Of a stretch of DNA of 64,000 bases, positions 46,101 to 60,499 are shown piece after piece. Both the position numbers and the translations under genes were made by a program. The DNA comes from the human T2T-CHM13v2.0 reference genome, Homo sapiens: the NCBI RefSeq assembly GCF_009914755.1, contig NC_060939.1; one strand, given 5' to 3'. How positions within the stretch are numbered: position 1 is the stretch's first letter; each line of letters opens with the position of its first letter. Under the pieces are notes generated by a model. That model searched no databases. It saw only the letters and a program-made list of their open reading frames with translations, and was not told the origin of the DNA.

Positions 46101-48437
46101 GGTGTGTGGCCAGGGAGGGCCCCACTGGGGACCCTCCATGCTGCAGGCTAGGCCTTCATGCCCGCTTCAGGAGGGAGCTCTGGGCCGGCTGTCCTTGTGC
46201 TCAGCAGTGACGAAGAGCTGCCGCCCATGCTGGGAGGCTGCAGATCAGTTGTGGCACTGGGCTTTGGCCATTCAAACTCAGGCTGGGCTGGAACCTCCCC
46301 CACCCAGCCCTGTGCTTCCACTGTGACCTGGGACAGCCCCTGCCGGCTCTGAGCTTCAGGGTTCTGTCGTTCAATGCCTTGCCCCAGGACCAGCCGTGGG
46401 TGGGGTCAGGAGTCATCCCTTGGGCAGCCCTCGACCCAAGGGTCTGGCTCACTGCTTGCACGATGGCTCTCTTCAGCAGCTCCTGAATGTTCCGGATGGG
46501 CTCAGCTTCCTGAGGGAGGAGACGCCCTGAGCACCAGATCCGGTCCTTGGTGAGGATCCCAGGAGGCCCAGCTGCTGAAGGCCTTGGTCAACACCTGAGC
46601 AACCAGAAATAGTTGAATGCCGGGCCTGAGCTCTGACTGTGCAAGTTCTGCTCTCTCACTGGGTTTATCCTGGGCTTTTGGGCATTCTCCTTGGTGCGTT
46701 GTAAGTGGGTTGTTTTCCTCCAGGGCCTTCTATGGGCTGCTGGGAAGGTCCCTCAGTGGCAGTTCCCACGCCCCAGGCCTCAAGAGTCATCACTGCTGCT
46801 CACTCAGTGCACCCAGGAATGTTGGCCTGCCCCTGGCCTCTGGACAGCCCCCAAGGACCCAAACTCTGGGGGCCCAGATGCCCGCCCAGGCTGCCCCTCA
46901 GGGCTCTGTGTTGGGAAAGACCATCCTCACACCAAGAACAGGAGGAAGACCCTATGTTTCTTATTACTGCCTGGACAGTTTAATTTTCTGTGTGTAGGAA
47001 CAAGCCTTTTTTCCCTGTGATTGTGGTCTTTGCTTCGACCACCAGCTACCTCCTTGTGTGCCAGGGCCCGAGTCCTGCACCCCTCTGTCCCTGGGTTTGC
47101 CTCTTCCTGCACTGTCAGTGTCTCCATCACTTCGCAGGCACCCTTGTTGCAGGCAGAGGGTTTGCGGGAGCTGCAGCAGTTCTTGAGGCACTGAGAGGGT
47201 GCAGGGGGATAGGCCTGCAGAAGGGGAAGGGAGGGAGGAGGGAAGGCATGAAGGGAGGGAGGGACTCAAGGGTTCTTGCCTGAGTTTGGGGGTATGGCAG
47301 GAGACCAGCTGCCTCCACCCCACATCTTTCACAAATGTCTACAGGCCTGTAGTGGTTCTCACGGAGGCCCCAGGCTCTGAGAGCTCAGGGAATTCTCCAG
47401 AGCCAGCATCAGGGCCAGGACTGAGTTACTCTCTCACCCTATGGGGTTGCCCCATAGACAAGCTGGGCTGGATTGGAAAGTTACAGGTGACAAGGAGAAG
47501 GGGACCTGTGGGTGCAGATCTTCGTGTCCCCGGCTCTGTATAGGATGAATGGGAGCAGTGGCTCCCAGCCTATCCCGCCCTACCTGTCCACACCCGCAGT
47601 GCTGGCCCAGACCTGGGTTTCCACCTCGGGAGCAACTGTCCCAATCAGGGAGGGTCTCTGGGGAGCCCAGGGTCAGGATGACTGTGCCAGGACTCAAAGG
47701 TATTGGAGGAGGAGAGGAGAAACAGCTGCTTGGAAGTCAGGGGCCTTCTGGGGCAAAACTGCCTCCTGTCACTAAGGGGCCAGATTTCGGGACTCAGGTG
47801 TCTCACGCATAGAGGGCTGGTCTCCCGTGTGCTTGCAGCAGCCACGTGGCTTGTCCACATGAACTGCCGGGGGCTCCTCCTCTCTGTGCCCACAAGTCCT
47901 GGCCACCCAAGGCTGCTGGCACCTTCAGCAGCTCCGTCTCCACATGGTCATGCACAAGGTTGGCGTGCTGGTGGCACTGGCTGCACTGCAGGTTGTCAGT
48001 GGCAATGGAGAAGGGCACCTCCATGGCATCCAGGGCGCACTCCAGCCGTTGCTTCTGGGCCAGCAGCAGGTCGGTCTCCGCAGCCAGCACCTTCACCTCG
48101 CGCTGCAGCTCCGACTTCCAGCTGTGCGTGTCCTGCAGTCGCTCGCCCACCCTGCACGTGGAGTCTTGCTGTGTCGACTGTGCCAGCGCCTGGGTCTCTG
48201 CGGCCAGCTGCTGGCTCTCGTGCCCCTGCAGCTCCCGCTCTGACTGGTTGCAGTCGGCGAAGGCCTGGTGGTAGCGAGCATAGCAGTTCTGGAACCACAC
48301 CTCCAGCTGGCGGTGGCCAGGCCGGAGGACGTGTAGACGCCCGTGTTGCGGGCCATGTCATACTCTTTGCAGGGCAGCTCGCAGGGCGACACTGTCTGCG
48401 GTGCCGGCTCTGGTAGGAGCACATCCGTCTGCACCAT
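43185..48437 (-). pseudogene. TEKT4: Unprocessed tektin-4 pseudogene (TEKT4P-type). Exons 48437-47923, 46509-46439, 46075-45931, 45264-45042, 44428-44274 and 43460-43244 (stop)
   Basis: Peptides WFQNCYARYHQAFAD, RNIQELLKR, EMDWSDKVEAYN, DCILRDTSEDL, LREITDQEHNV, TNSLFIDRQKCMAHR...LQLAGYQ*. Frameshifting deletion near 48305, +1 frameshift in exon 3, exon 2 and 3 donors lost, exon 6 acceptor AG>AA; AATAAA at 43206-43211. Confidence 0.96.
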
Positions 48438-51400
48438 GGTGTCTGCCGCCCACCAGGGCCAGGGGAGTGAGGAGTGTGTGTGGTCAGCTTGTTGCGGTCA
48501 GCCCAGTGCAGTCATCGGTCGGCTCCAAAGGCTCAGTCCCAGAGCAGGACGTGGCTCCCAGTCGCTTGGGTGACACAGTAAACCAAGAGCTTCCTGTTGC
48601 CAAGAAACGGGATCTCTTCTCCAGTGGCTAGGGGAGGGGGCATTCAGGGCGGCGGGCAGAATTGCCCTTTTAAAGGGCCAGGCAGCCCCAGCCCCACCAT
48701 CCCTGTCCCCACCTCGGGGCAATCAACAGTGGCCAAGGGTTCCTGTCACTTAGAGGATCCCAGGGCCAGCCCGTCTCCAGCCTCTGTGTCCCACCCTTAG
48801 GGTTCAGGGTGTGGGTGGGGACCTACTGCCCTGGCCCCTTCGTTGATTCATCCATTTGTTCCTGGTTTGCTCTCTGATCCTGTCCTGTGTGGAGCTCCAC
48901 GCTCAGGGTGAACAAGACAGAGGAGGCTCTGCCCACCTGCCCCCTCAGGGCAGAGGGCTGTGGCTGTTGTGTGGATGTTGGGTGTGCTGAGTGATAGTGT
49001 TACTTGATGCCGTACAGGTGGCTGCTCTCCCTGCCCTCCTGGCCCCAACAGCAGCCTGGTAGCACAGGGAGGGTCCCAGGCCAGGCCCCCTCAGGGGCAG
49101 TCTGGGGCAGTTCCTGCAGGGACTCCGCTCCATTTTCTCCTGGACCTAGTGCCTGAGAGCCAGGCCCTGGCCTCTGGCCTTCTCCTCCCAAGTCCCAGCC
49201 AGTGTCCCCTCAGGCTGGGCACAGCGGGGAGGGAGGGAGTCTGAGTGTGCTTTTCCCTGGGGAGTTGAATTCAGCCTCTGGATAAGTGTCCAGAGTCATA
49301 TGCCCAAATCTGCCCCACAGGGCAGAGGCAGGTCTTGTGCTGCGGAGGCTGCCCTGAAAGCCACCCAGGGCCATGCTGCCTGGCGGAGGCTGGATGGGCA
49401 GTAAGCACCCCAGGACACATCGGCGTCCCCCAAACCTGGGGCCAGGGGAGCCCCAGCCTAGGCGCGATTCCCCACGCAGCCAGCGAAGGGCGGCTTTGGC
49501 CTGGCGGTGAGAAGCCTGCGGCTCCTGGCTCGGCCTCCCCTCCGCCTGCCTGGCGCATGCACTCCTGGGGACCCCAGCCCCTCCGGCCTCCTCTTCCCTG
49601 AGAATCCCGCACCAGAAAGTCCTCGCTAGGAAGTCCATGCCGTTCCTACAGCACAGGCCCCTGGGCCCCTGCTCCTTCCACCTTCACCTCCTCTCCCACC
49701 ACAGCCCGCACCCTCACTCCAGCCACAGGAGCCGGGGCTCCTCCTGGGCCATTCCCACCACGCTGCCCAGGTCTCTCCAGCACAACCATGTGCCGGCCAG
49801 TGCCCTCCTCCTGGACCTGACCTTCCCCGGTCCTGACCTCTCCCGTGGCCAGAACCCTCAGTCCATGCTGCTGTCACCACGGTGCGCCTGGCCTGACACA
49901 GCCTCCTGATGGGGCTTTGAGGACAGCAGCCGGGAGACTTACCCCAACCCAGGCCGAGCCAGAACCTATTGCAGGTGGCCTGGGAACCTCTTCTCACTGT
50001 CCGTCAAGATTGGGAGGCCAGCGGACCTTCAGGGACTGGTGTGGTCTGAGAAACATCCTTGAGCCTCGCCATGACTCAGTTTCCCCAGATGGCAGCAGGC
50101 TGGAGCCCATGCAGGGCAGGATGCCAGGCTCCACCTTTTGTCTGGAACCTGCATTCACTGGGCACCTCTCTGTAGGCATAGCAGAGCAGAGTTCCCTGTT
50201 TCTGTCCCTGATCTGCAGCCCCAGGAGCCCGAGAGACCACCTAAGCCAAGGAGAAGGCCTCTGGGCCAGAGCCCAGCTCTGCGAAGTGGGAGACCTCTCA
50301 GCCTCCACTTCCAAGTGCCCTGAAGTCGTTGGCAGGGGGTGCTGCCTACTTGGGGCTCCCAGACTAAGGGAACACATTCACCTGGTGACCACAATAGGCC
50401 CTGCAGGCTGAGGCACAGGATTTAATCAAGGACGCATCAGAGTTAGGGGACTGGGCCCTGACTCCTGCCAGCTGCAAACTCCCAAAGCCCCCAGCCCTCT
50501 CATGGGGTGAAGACACCCTGAAGGACACTCCAGTGTGCTCCCACCTCTGGGTTCTGCCAGCCAGAGAGTGGGACTCTCAGGCCACATGTGTCTTGCTGGA
50601 TCTCAGCTTCAGGGACCCAGGGTGCTGGCAGCTCTCTGAGACCTGGGTCAGGGGGTGTCCATTAGAGCACCTTGGTCAGGACCCAGAGATAGGGAGGGCA
50701 GGGCTAAGAGCACCCCAGGCAGTTGGCATCTCCAGAAAGCAGGAGGTAGGGCATGGCTCTGTGACAGATGTCTCATGACAGGGGGGATTGGAGGGACAGA
50801 GGGACGTGCTCAGGGGCTGAGGGGCAGACGAGGCTACCAAAGGGCACCTTGGACACTGGATGGCCGCAGGAAGGCCCCTGAACCCCATCCTGATTGATCC
50901 AGGGCCAGTGACCTTGGCCCAGACTGCAGGCCTGGGGACTCAGGTTCCTTTAGTTTCTTAAGAAACTACTATACTACTTTTTGGCATAGCTGTACGATTT
51001 TACATTCCCACCAGTCATGTGTGAAAGCTCCAGTTTTTACTCATGCTCCCCAGAGTTTGATGTTTTATTTTTATTTTAGCTATTCTGATATATATGTGTT
51101 AGTCATTGTGGTCTTAATTTGCAAATTTCTAATGACTAATGATATTTAACATCTTTTCCTGTTCATAATTAAATACCATCTGTATTCCTTTTCACATATC
51201 ATTAGCACAAATGTGAAATATCAGAACAAAATTTTTCACACAACTTCAAAATTTTTAGAGCAATACTCAAGGGAAAAGGTGTTTATTTAGAACAATGAAA
51301 ACAATGAGACATTAACTTCCAGCTTAAATAAAGTTGATTGTGTGCATAAAAATGGTGAAAATATTGGACTTTCTTGGCAAAAGAAGAAAGGGGAAGACTT

Positions 51401-52719
51401 TATATTTTCTGACGTAATATTCATCATTTGTCTTTGGTTTGTGTATTATGTGTATGATTTTGAAAAAATGCATCAAAGATATAACTTTCTGGTGTTTGCT
51501 TTGATATTATCCTTGCAAACAGAAAAGTTGGCACATGTTTCTGTATAAAACTGGTCAAAGTTGGCCTAGGAATGATCTTACATTGTACTTTCACTTTACA
51601 TCATACTGTAAGAGTTTAATAATAGCTAAGGCATCAGCATTGATGTGGACTTATTATACCTATTCAAGAGGTGGTGTGAGGTTTAGGAGAGTTATGTGCC
51701 CTTTATCATAAAACAAATCTATGAAGCATTTATATAAAAACCCAGTATTTCTGGTTTCAAATTCAGTACTGTGCCGTCTGCTTGATAGATTTGTTCGCAG
51801 GTTAGAGACATTTTATTGCATAACTTCCATGAAATATCACAGTTGTACTCTTGACTATGTTTGAATCACAAAAGACTTTAATCTGCACTCAGTTCTTGTA
51901 ACTAAAATCTTCAGTTTTAATATGAATTTCACTTAAAGAACATCCCTAGAAATTTCAGAGAGAAAAAGACTTTACTTGCAGAATACAATCTGCATTTGCT
52001 TTGACAACTAGTTAGTTCACATATGTAAAACAAGTCTACCTGTCTGTATGCATAATTAAGATGTAACAGTAGTGTGGTAATGACTTGTTAAAGCAATTAG
52101 AATGGCAGTGGATCATGGCACAATTTACCTTAAAAGCCATGAGCAGAATACATCACAAGCTATGATACAATGAATAGTCGTTAGGTTTAAAGTAGTATCC
52201 ACATATAAAAACACAAAGCATATTTTAGCTCTTTAAATGAAAGCTTCATTCAGTCAATATTGGTCTTCCTGTAGATGAATTTATGAAACAAAACCACAAA
52301 ACATACAGCTTACCCGCTTCTCAAAACTCATTGCACAATAGGTTGAGGGACTTCTCTACACCAGGACCTATTATTAAAACCAGTAAGTCCTCAGTGAAAA
52401 TCATTTATTTGCCCGGAGTGTCATCTGATGTGTCTGTTGTAGGCAGCTGTGGCAGTGGTGGGTGGTTTAGTGACACGGACCCTGCCCACGTCTGTCCGTC
52501 CATCAGTGGGCTAGTGTCTCTCTGGCTGCACCTGAGAAGGGTCTATAGGAGTTAACAGCATTAGCATGGGATTCAAAAGAAATCATCTTGGATTCAAACT
52601 TCCATTTCAGTATTCATTTCCAGCTAAGTTTGTGTAGCATGCTTAATGTTTCTGAAGCTCAATTTTAGTAATGGTAAAGTATATCTGCCTAAAAGACAGG
52701 GACACATCCCAGTTTTGTG

Positions 52720-53041
52720 TTTTTTTATTTTTATTTTATTGTATTTTTCTTGAGACGGAGTTTTGCTCTTGCTGCCCAGGCTGGAGTGCAATGGTGCAAT
52801 CTCGGCTCACCACAACCTCCGCCTCCTGGGTTCAAGGGACTCTTCTGCTTCAGCATTCTGAGTAAATGGAATTACAGGTGCCCGCCACCACGCCCAGCTA
52901 ATTTTTTGTATTTTTAATAGAGACGGGTTTCACCATGTTGGCCAGGCTGGTCTTGAACCTCTGACCTCAGATGATCCACCCACCTCATATGATAATCCCG
53001 CCAAGTGCTGGGATTACAGGTGTGAGCCACCATGTCCGGCC
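52720..53041 (-). mobile_element. AluS SINE
   Basis: gagacggagttttgctcttgctgcccagg...ccaccatgtccggcc. Confidence 0.9.
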
Positions 53042-53067
53042 TTATCCTCAAAAAAGAATTTATCAAA

Positions 53068-53069
<2 letters not shown>

Positions 53070-53108
<39 letters not shown>

Positions 53109-53250
53109 TTTAAGTAGAGTAATACTATATTAAAATGCCACTATATATGTTCTAACAAAAAACCTCAATTTAACAAATGTATGTGGGGAGAGGGAGAGAA
53201 GGAGAGAGAGAGAGAAGGAGGGAGGCAGAGAGAGAGAGAAGAGAGAGATA
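53070..53250. repeat. (TG)n at 53070-53104 and (GA)-rich tract at 53185-53250
   Basis: Direct. Confidence 0.9.
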
Positions 53251-53428
53251 TGTATCTCTGGTGACTCTTCCTTTTTGGATGATGACCCCAGTCCTAACAG
53301 ATTACGGCCTTACCCTTTTGCCCCTATTTAACCTTTAACTTCTTAAAAGCTCCTTCTCCAAATACAGTCACACTGGGAGATAGGGCTTCAGGTTAGGAAT
53401 TCTGGGGGGACATAATTCTCTCCAGAAC
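53251..53428 (-). mobile_element. MLT1 LTR fragment
   Basis: tctccaaatacagtcacactggga..tagggcttca...gaattctgggggga.cataatt. Confidence 0.7.
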
Positions 53429-55906
53429 AGACACTAATATCATGAGTGCTCAGATTGCTAGTGAATATGTTCTTGTTACAATTATTTTCACTTTGCAGTT
53501 TTAAATAATGAATACTTGGATAAAAAATACCCACTGTATTCTAATTTTTTCAACACTTCTTACTTGCATGGATTCTAAACAGAAGTCCAATGTAATTCTT
53601 ATGTCTGTTTCTCTGTAGACAATGTGTTTCTTCCTCTGCCTTATTTTAATATTTTATCTTTGTTACAGGTTTTCTACGGTTTGAATATGATATTCCTAGG
53701 TATGTTTTTAAAATATTCATTCTGCTTGGTGTTCTCTGAGCTTTTTGGATTTGTAATTTGGTGTCTGTCATTAATTTGTGTTTTTTTCCTAGTTAAAATA
53801 ATGAACTTTATAGATTTTACATTCTCAACTTTCACTTATTTTCAAAATGAGAGACAAGACACCTAAACTCCAAGATTTCAGTCCTGAATGCAATAGTACC
53901 AGATTTTCAAGTTACATAAGTGAACTGCATAAACATCACTAGTTTCAAGTGTACCCTATAAGAAACACATGGACATACTTGCGTTGTTTAAACACACGGT
54001 GTCATATCAATAAACATCAAAGTATCTGACATATATTTGTCCATTAAAAGTAAACACAACTCTGAGTATCAAATTAAATTAATCATTTGCCTTTTATAAT
54101 CTAAATCAGAAATTGAAAAACAGGAACATTGTAGAGGTAAGTGGCTGAAAATGCTCTGCTTACTGCACACAAGCACATCATGACAAAGAATGCTAGAAGT
54201 AGCTTTCCTCAGAAGAAATAATTGAACATTTAAAATATTATTTTCTCAGAAAAGTTAAAGCTTTTAGTGTAAAAGGCATGGTAAATGACATTTTAACTTA
54301 ATAGTTAACTATATAGCAAATTATAGATTTCAAGCAATTAGTTACCCACATTTCACCAGAACCTTCAGTGAAAGTGTCTACTCTCAACATTGACCAGAAC
54401 CTTCCTGTTCTGAAGTGTCTACTCTTTAGAGTTGCTTCAGCTTTACATATCTGTAAAACCTAAGATTACTCAATGAGAAGTTACACCTTATTCTGTACTA
54501 GATACTCGTAATATATATAGATTTAGAACAAATGGATGTTTTTCAACTTCAAAAAAAGTATTTTAATTTACACAATGTTAGATTGTTTTTCACCCATGTG
54601 TATACATAACAGTGTTTCCCAAATTCACAGGGTCCATTTCCATAATTCTAAAGCAAAAATAGAGGCACACAAATGGATAATAATTCATAGTTTTATGCCT
54701 TTTTTTAACCTATCTTTAAAGAAATTCAGTTGCCATGTAGACAAAGATGTGATGAACCTGTAACACATTTCTATGACTTGGAAAATTAAAGGTCTAAAAA
54801 TCCTAAATGTAGTAGCTCTGGGCAGTTTGCAATTTGTGCATGGGTTCACTCACCCTATGGTCCGTGAACTCCCTTATCCTGCAAGCTGTAGGTACTTTCA
54901 GCAAATATGAGACTCAATAAGACTAAGGAAGGGCTTGTTTAAATTAGTTCCCCTCACAGTTGATTCTAATCTTGCAATGAACAGATTTAATGTACTAGTG
55001 AGTTAAATTTTAAAGTAATTATAAAGCCATTTACTCTATCATAAATGAATGAAATGTAAGAATCACACTTAAAACAAGTCTTTCATTTTAATGAATGGTA
55101 TCTTTCATTTATATACAAGGAATTCACTTGCCAGCAGCATTTAAATATAGGAATAGTCTCGTCTTTTCTCTAGTGCCTTTTATAAAGCAGTGCCATTTCT
55201 AACTAGGTGTATTTGTTTCCCAGCTATTCAGTAACTACACTATAGGTATCTAATAGATTCAAGAAAAGATTGGAAAATTGAGAAGATTTAGCATTTTAAA
55301 CATTTGAAAAATGTTGCTACAAAGCATAGATTATGAATGCATTAGTAAAATAAATTGACACCTTATGTGAGAATCATTAAGTTGGTTTAATTATATCACA
55401 GAAGTATGGGCTCACTAATATTTATACCAATTTATGCTAATTAAACCAGAAAGTTTCTGTAGGTAATTCAGCTCTGCGCACCATTTAATAGGGTTATGCC
55501 AAACAGAACCAATGGTTATATAATACCCAGAATATAAACCTCAGCAAATTCATACTTTTGGAATGGCAACACAAGTGAGAATGAGAGGCAATATTTCATT
55601 TCAAAGTACCATAGGCTGCTAAGAGTGTTCTTTTCTTTTAAAAATTTGTGTGGTTGTTAGTAATGTACCTTAACACTGGTCCTCCTTGACAGCGGTGTTA
55701 GAGATGGTTAGGTAGAACCTATATTACGGAAGTCAGCCTTGCCCATTTCTTTAGTTCAGTGATTAAAATTGAAATTACTTTTTCAAAACAATTGAACTGC
55801 TGCTTACAATATAAATAGAATACCAACAGGATTCCTGTTGTATTCACATTATTCTCTAATTAGTATTTTTACATTTCCACTCTGACCTGACCTTCAGTAG
55901 TTCCTT

Positions 55907-56625
55907 TATTTTTATTTTCAAGCATTTTTGTGAGTATATAATAAGCATATATATTTATGGGGTGCATGAGATGTTTTGATACAGGCATGCAGCATGAACT
56001 AATCACATCATGGAGAGTGGGTATCCATCCCTTTAAGCATGTTTCCTTTGTGTTACAATCCAATTAGATTCTTTTAGTTATTTTTAAATGTACAATTATT
56101 GACTAGAGTCCCCCTGTTGTGCTATCAAATAGTATGTCTTATTCATTCCTTCTGCCTATTTTTGTACCCATTACCCGTGCCCTGTCTCCCCCCCCAGCCC
56201 CCTAGTACTTACTATGTCCATGAGTTCAATTGTTTTGATTTTTAGATCCCACAAATAAGTGAGAACATGCAATGTCTGCCTTTCCGTGCTTGGCTTATTT
56301 CCCTTAACATAATGATATCCAGTTCCTTCCATGTTGTTGCAAATGACTGAATCTCATTCTTTTTTAGGGCTGAATAATACTCCACTGTGTGTATCTACCA
56401 CATTTTCTTTAATACATTAATCTGTTGATGGACACTTAGGTTGCTTCCAAATCTTAGCTATTGTCAACAGTGGTGCAACCAACATGGGAGTGCAGATAAT
56501 TTCTTCGATATACTCATTTCTTATTTCTGGGGTATATATCCAACAGTGGGATTGCTGGATCATGTGGCACCTCTATTTTCAGTGTTTAGAGGAACCTCCA
56601 AACTGTTCTCCACCATGGCTGTACA
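55907..56625 (-). mobile_element. L1MA-type 3' fragment with TSD
   Basis: atatttatggggtgcatgagatgttttgatacaggcatgca; TSD agtagttcctt (55896-55906) / agtagtacctt (56626-56636). Confidence 0.88.
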
Positions 56626-56945
56626 AGTAGTACCTTAAAATGCAAATGCAATTGGTAAAAGAACAAGGCAGCGTGTAGTGCTTGCACTTACAAATACTGC
56701 CAGTTTTGTAACAATTTGCATTTTTTTTGTCTTTGAAAGAGTAACCACTTACTTAATAAAACGGATATTTAAAAGCGCAATATTCCTTCCTTTGCATGGC
56801 ATGCAGGAATGGTGAAAGCAAAGAAACAGTCATCCCTTCTCTTCCCCCCACTTCTGGTCTCCCGAAATAGGAATGCCAGGTCAGACAGGTGGAGGAGGGA
56901 AATGGGGCACAGGTCAAGGTATGATGAATCTCTTAAAAAGAAATC

Positions 56946-57248
56946 CGGCCAGGCGCAGTGGCTCACGCCTGTAATCCCAGCACTTTGGGAGGCAGAGGCG
57001 GGCGGATCACGAATTCAGGAATCGAGACCATCCTGGAGAACACGGTGAAACACCGTCTCAACTAAAAATACAAAAAAATTAGCCGTGTGTGGTGGCGGAC
57101 GCCTGTAGTCCCAGCTACTGGGAGGCTGGGGCTGGAGAATGGCATAAACCCGAGGGGCTGAGCTTGCAGTGAGCGGAGATGGCGCCACTGCATTCCAGCC
57201 TGGGCGACAGAGTGAGACACCTTCCCCCCACCGCCAAAAAAAAAAAAA
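56946..57248 (+). mobile_element. AluY-like SINE
   Basis: ggccaggcgcagtggctcacgcc...ggatcacga...gagcttgcagtgagc. Confidence 0.92.
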
Positions 57249-59396
57249 TACAGCTTTCCCCAGAATGCTAGCCTGATAGGAACTCCACCCCATCCATTCC
57301 AACCTAGTAAGGATAGTTTAGTTTGTCTTTTCTGGTCTCACTTCATTACATCTAGTGTTCTTTTTTTGTTTCTGTTATTAAATTTCAGAAGACAAACCTT
57401 AGCATTTTCTAAAAGAAATTATTTTTTACCTAAATACATTGGACTTTGGTCTTAATTTGAAGGAATAGGATAAGTGGACTTTAAGAGAGCGTTCCTACTC
57501 CTTCTCTTCCAGTGGCTGCTCTGGGTCCTTGAAAGAGGGTGTGATATGAACCATCTGGGTTGTGAAGTGGATTTTGTTGAGCCTGTGTTTTTTAAGTCCA
57601 TTAGTCCTGCCCGAGGCTGTGCGCCTTGGAATCCTTGGCTTCACGTCTGGACCACCTTCAGCCAAGTGGTGATGGTGGAGAGGGTCCCCCCATCTTCCAG
57701 GACGTGTGAGAGTTTGTAGGTGGTGAGATGGAGGGGGCAGCTTTTAAATCTTCCAGTACTCACCCCCGCTGCTGGCGGTGCTCTCCCCATCGTCCTTGTC
57801 CAGGACTCCCATCAGGGTCTCAATCTCTTCTGTGATGCTCTGACTCACATGCTGGGAGGCCCTTTTCCCAGTGTAGTCCCTGATGTCAACATCGGCGTCC
57901 TATGTTCCCACTAGCAGCTTCACCATCTCCAAGGTACATGGCTGCCAAGTGCAGGGCGGTGTAGCTCTGGCCTTGCTGTTCCCAGGCAGCAGAGGCTCGT
58001 TGGGGAAGTTGACCAGCATGGCCAGAAGCTCCAGCCTGCAGTGCTAGGTGCCTGCGCAGGCAGGTGAGGGTGTGATGAAGCCCAGAGTGGCCAGCAGGCT
58101 GGCTGGCACGGGGGCAACCCCCTAAGCTGTCCACTCCCCATCGGAGGCCGAGAGCAGCCAGCTGTGCTCCCTGGTCCAGCTCACCCAGCCCCACAGCTCT
58201 CCTCTGCGGACGGGAAAGCCAGCGCTGCGCCGCCAGAGTCACTCGCCTCTGCGGTGTCCTCAGAGGAGGAGCTCCCAGGCTGCTGCCTCCAGGACACAGG
58301 TTCCTCTTCAAGGGCAGGACACTGTGCCTTCCCAAGTCGCTCAAGTTCTGGCGGAACGGCCTCGAGGTGGTAGCCCCCCAGGAGCCGCCCCTGTCCGCCT
58401 CCTGGCAACCGTGGGGTGGGGGCTCCAGGTCCTTGCTGGTCTGAGGTCCCGCATCTGGGGTAGGGGCTGGTGGAGCCAGCGAGCTCTTCCTGCGTCCCCG
58501 CTGCTCAGGGCGGCCCGTGCAGGGGCTGGGCTCCCCCTTGCCCAGCTCGGCCCTGCCTGTGGAGCACCTCGGGGACCGCTGTTTCAGGGAGGGGATGGTG
58601 AATGCTGCGCTCCGCATTCACGTGGACGCGGGACAGGTCCCAGGGGCGCGGCCTCAGGCGGAGGCCCCGCCAGAACCTCTTCCTGAGACGCAGGTACTGG
58701 GCGCCATCGACGGGGTCCGTGCAGTGGCCACAGCGTTCACCCGGAGATACATTTAAACAGTTTTATTCTCCTGTTTTTTATTTTTTCATTCCAGAAACCA
58801 TTACTACTATGCAACAAAGTAAAAATATCTAGTTTAAATAATAATTTGATACGGTCAGGTGGGGATGAGTGCACACGTGTGTGTACACACACACGCAGGC
58901 TCTAAATGGGATATTTTGGCGGAGCAGAGGGATAAGGCTTTTATTTCGTTGGTGTGTTGAGTTAGAATCGCCCTTCTCACAATTAAATAATTTAAATCAG
59001 GAGTTGTATTAAAGCTAATTTGTACAACTAGGCAACATCTTTTCTCCATATATTTATACACATATACACATCTCTAATATTTGCATTTATTACTTCATCT
59101 AAAAGAGCTTGGAAAAAGGGTCCTAGGTCTTGGCTAGTTAAGGTAAAGATCTATATTTTAAGGTAATAAAAACGTTTGCTATGGACAGAGACATGCAGAC
59201 ACTGTGGGTGAAGCTGATTCATGTTCCATTGAAGGAAATGACATGGGGTTTTCTAAGGGAAAGCCCAGCATGCCGCAAGGAGAGGGGAGGTCCCAGGAGG
59301 GAATTGGAGTCAGCATTAGGATCTAAGTGTCACAGGGGAGTGTGTTCCCAAAAAAGACTGTGACTGTTTCTTTGTCCATCCTGAACTGGTTACCAT

Positions 59397-59398
<2 letters not shown>

Positions 59399-59455
<57 letters not shown>
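59399..59455. repeat. (TG)n microsatellite
   Basis: Direct. Confidence 0.95.
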
Positions 59456-59583
59456 AATTAAAAGAGGAGTTACATGCTGGGGCATTTCTGGTATCTCAAC
59501 TGGCATCTCAGCTGCTGGTGATGATGGCTATACATTTTCCTCAGTATTCAATGTGCGTATTTTGAGTTAACAGTCCACCCATT

Positions 59584-60388
<805 letters not shown>

Positions 60389-60499
60389 TGAAAGACAATT
60401 TTACTACCCAAATCACCCTTCTATAAAAAATAATAGAAGATGTCAAATATGAAAATAAAACTGTCCTCTGGGCCCTCAATTTTCTGTGTTATTGGGAAG

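Larger units (their letters stand above)
53781..58740 (-). pseudogene. SOWAHC: SOWAHC (ANKRD57) pseudogene, 5' truncated; CDS-like part 58740-57426, putative 3'UTR down to ~53781
   Basis: Reverse-strand peptides VNAVAT..DGAQYLRLRKRF, YTALHLAAM, EMVKLLVGT*DADVDIRDYTGKRASQHVSQSI, FKDPEQPLE, LRPKSNVFR*. The CDS part is confident; the 3'UTR extent is inferred. Confidence 0.85.

Noticed and set aside
38608-50897. Long ORFs in the GC-rich block (e.g. 41551-42498, 315 aa; 45631-46326; 47703-48416)
   Set aside because: Expected from stop-codon scarcity in GC-rich DNA or antisense to TEKT4 exons; no recognisable domains
57886-58617. 243-aa ORF as a SOWAHC-like protein
   Set aside because: Mostly out of frame with SOWAHC; only the short YTALHLAAM patch is in frame, and downstream stops exist
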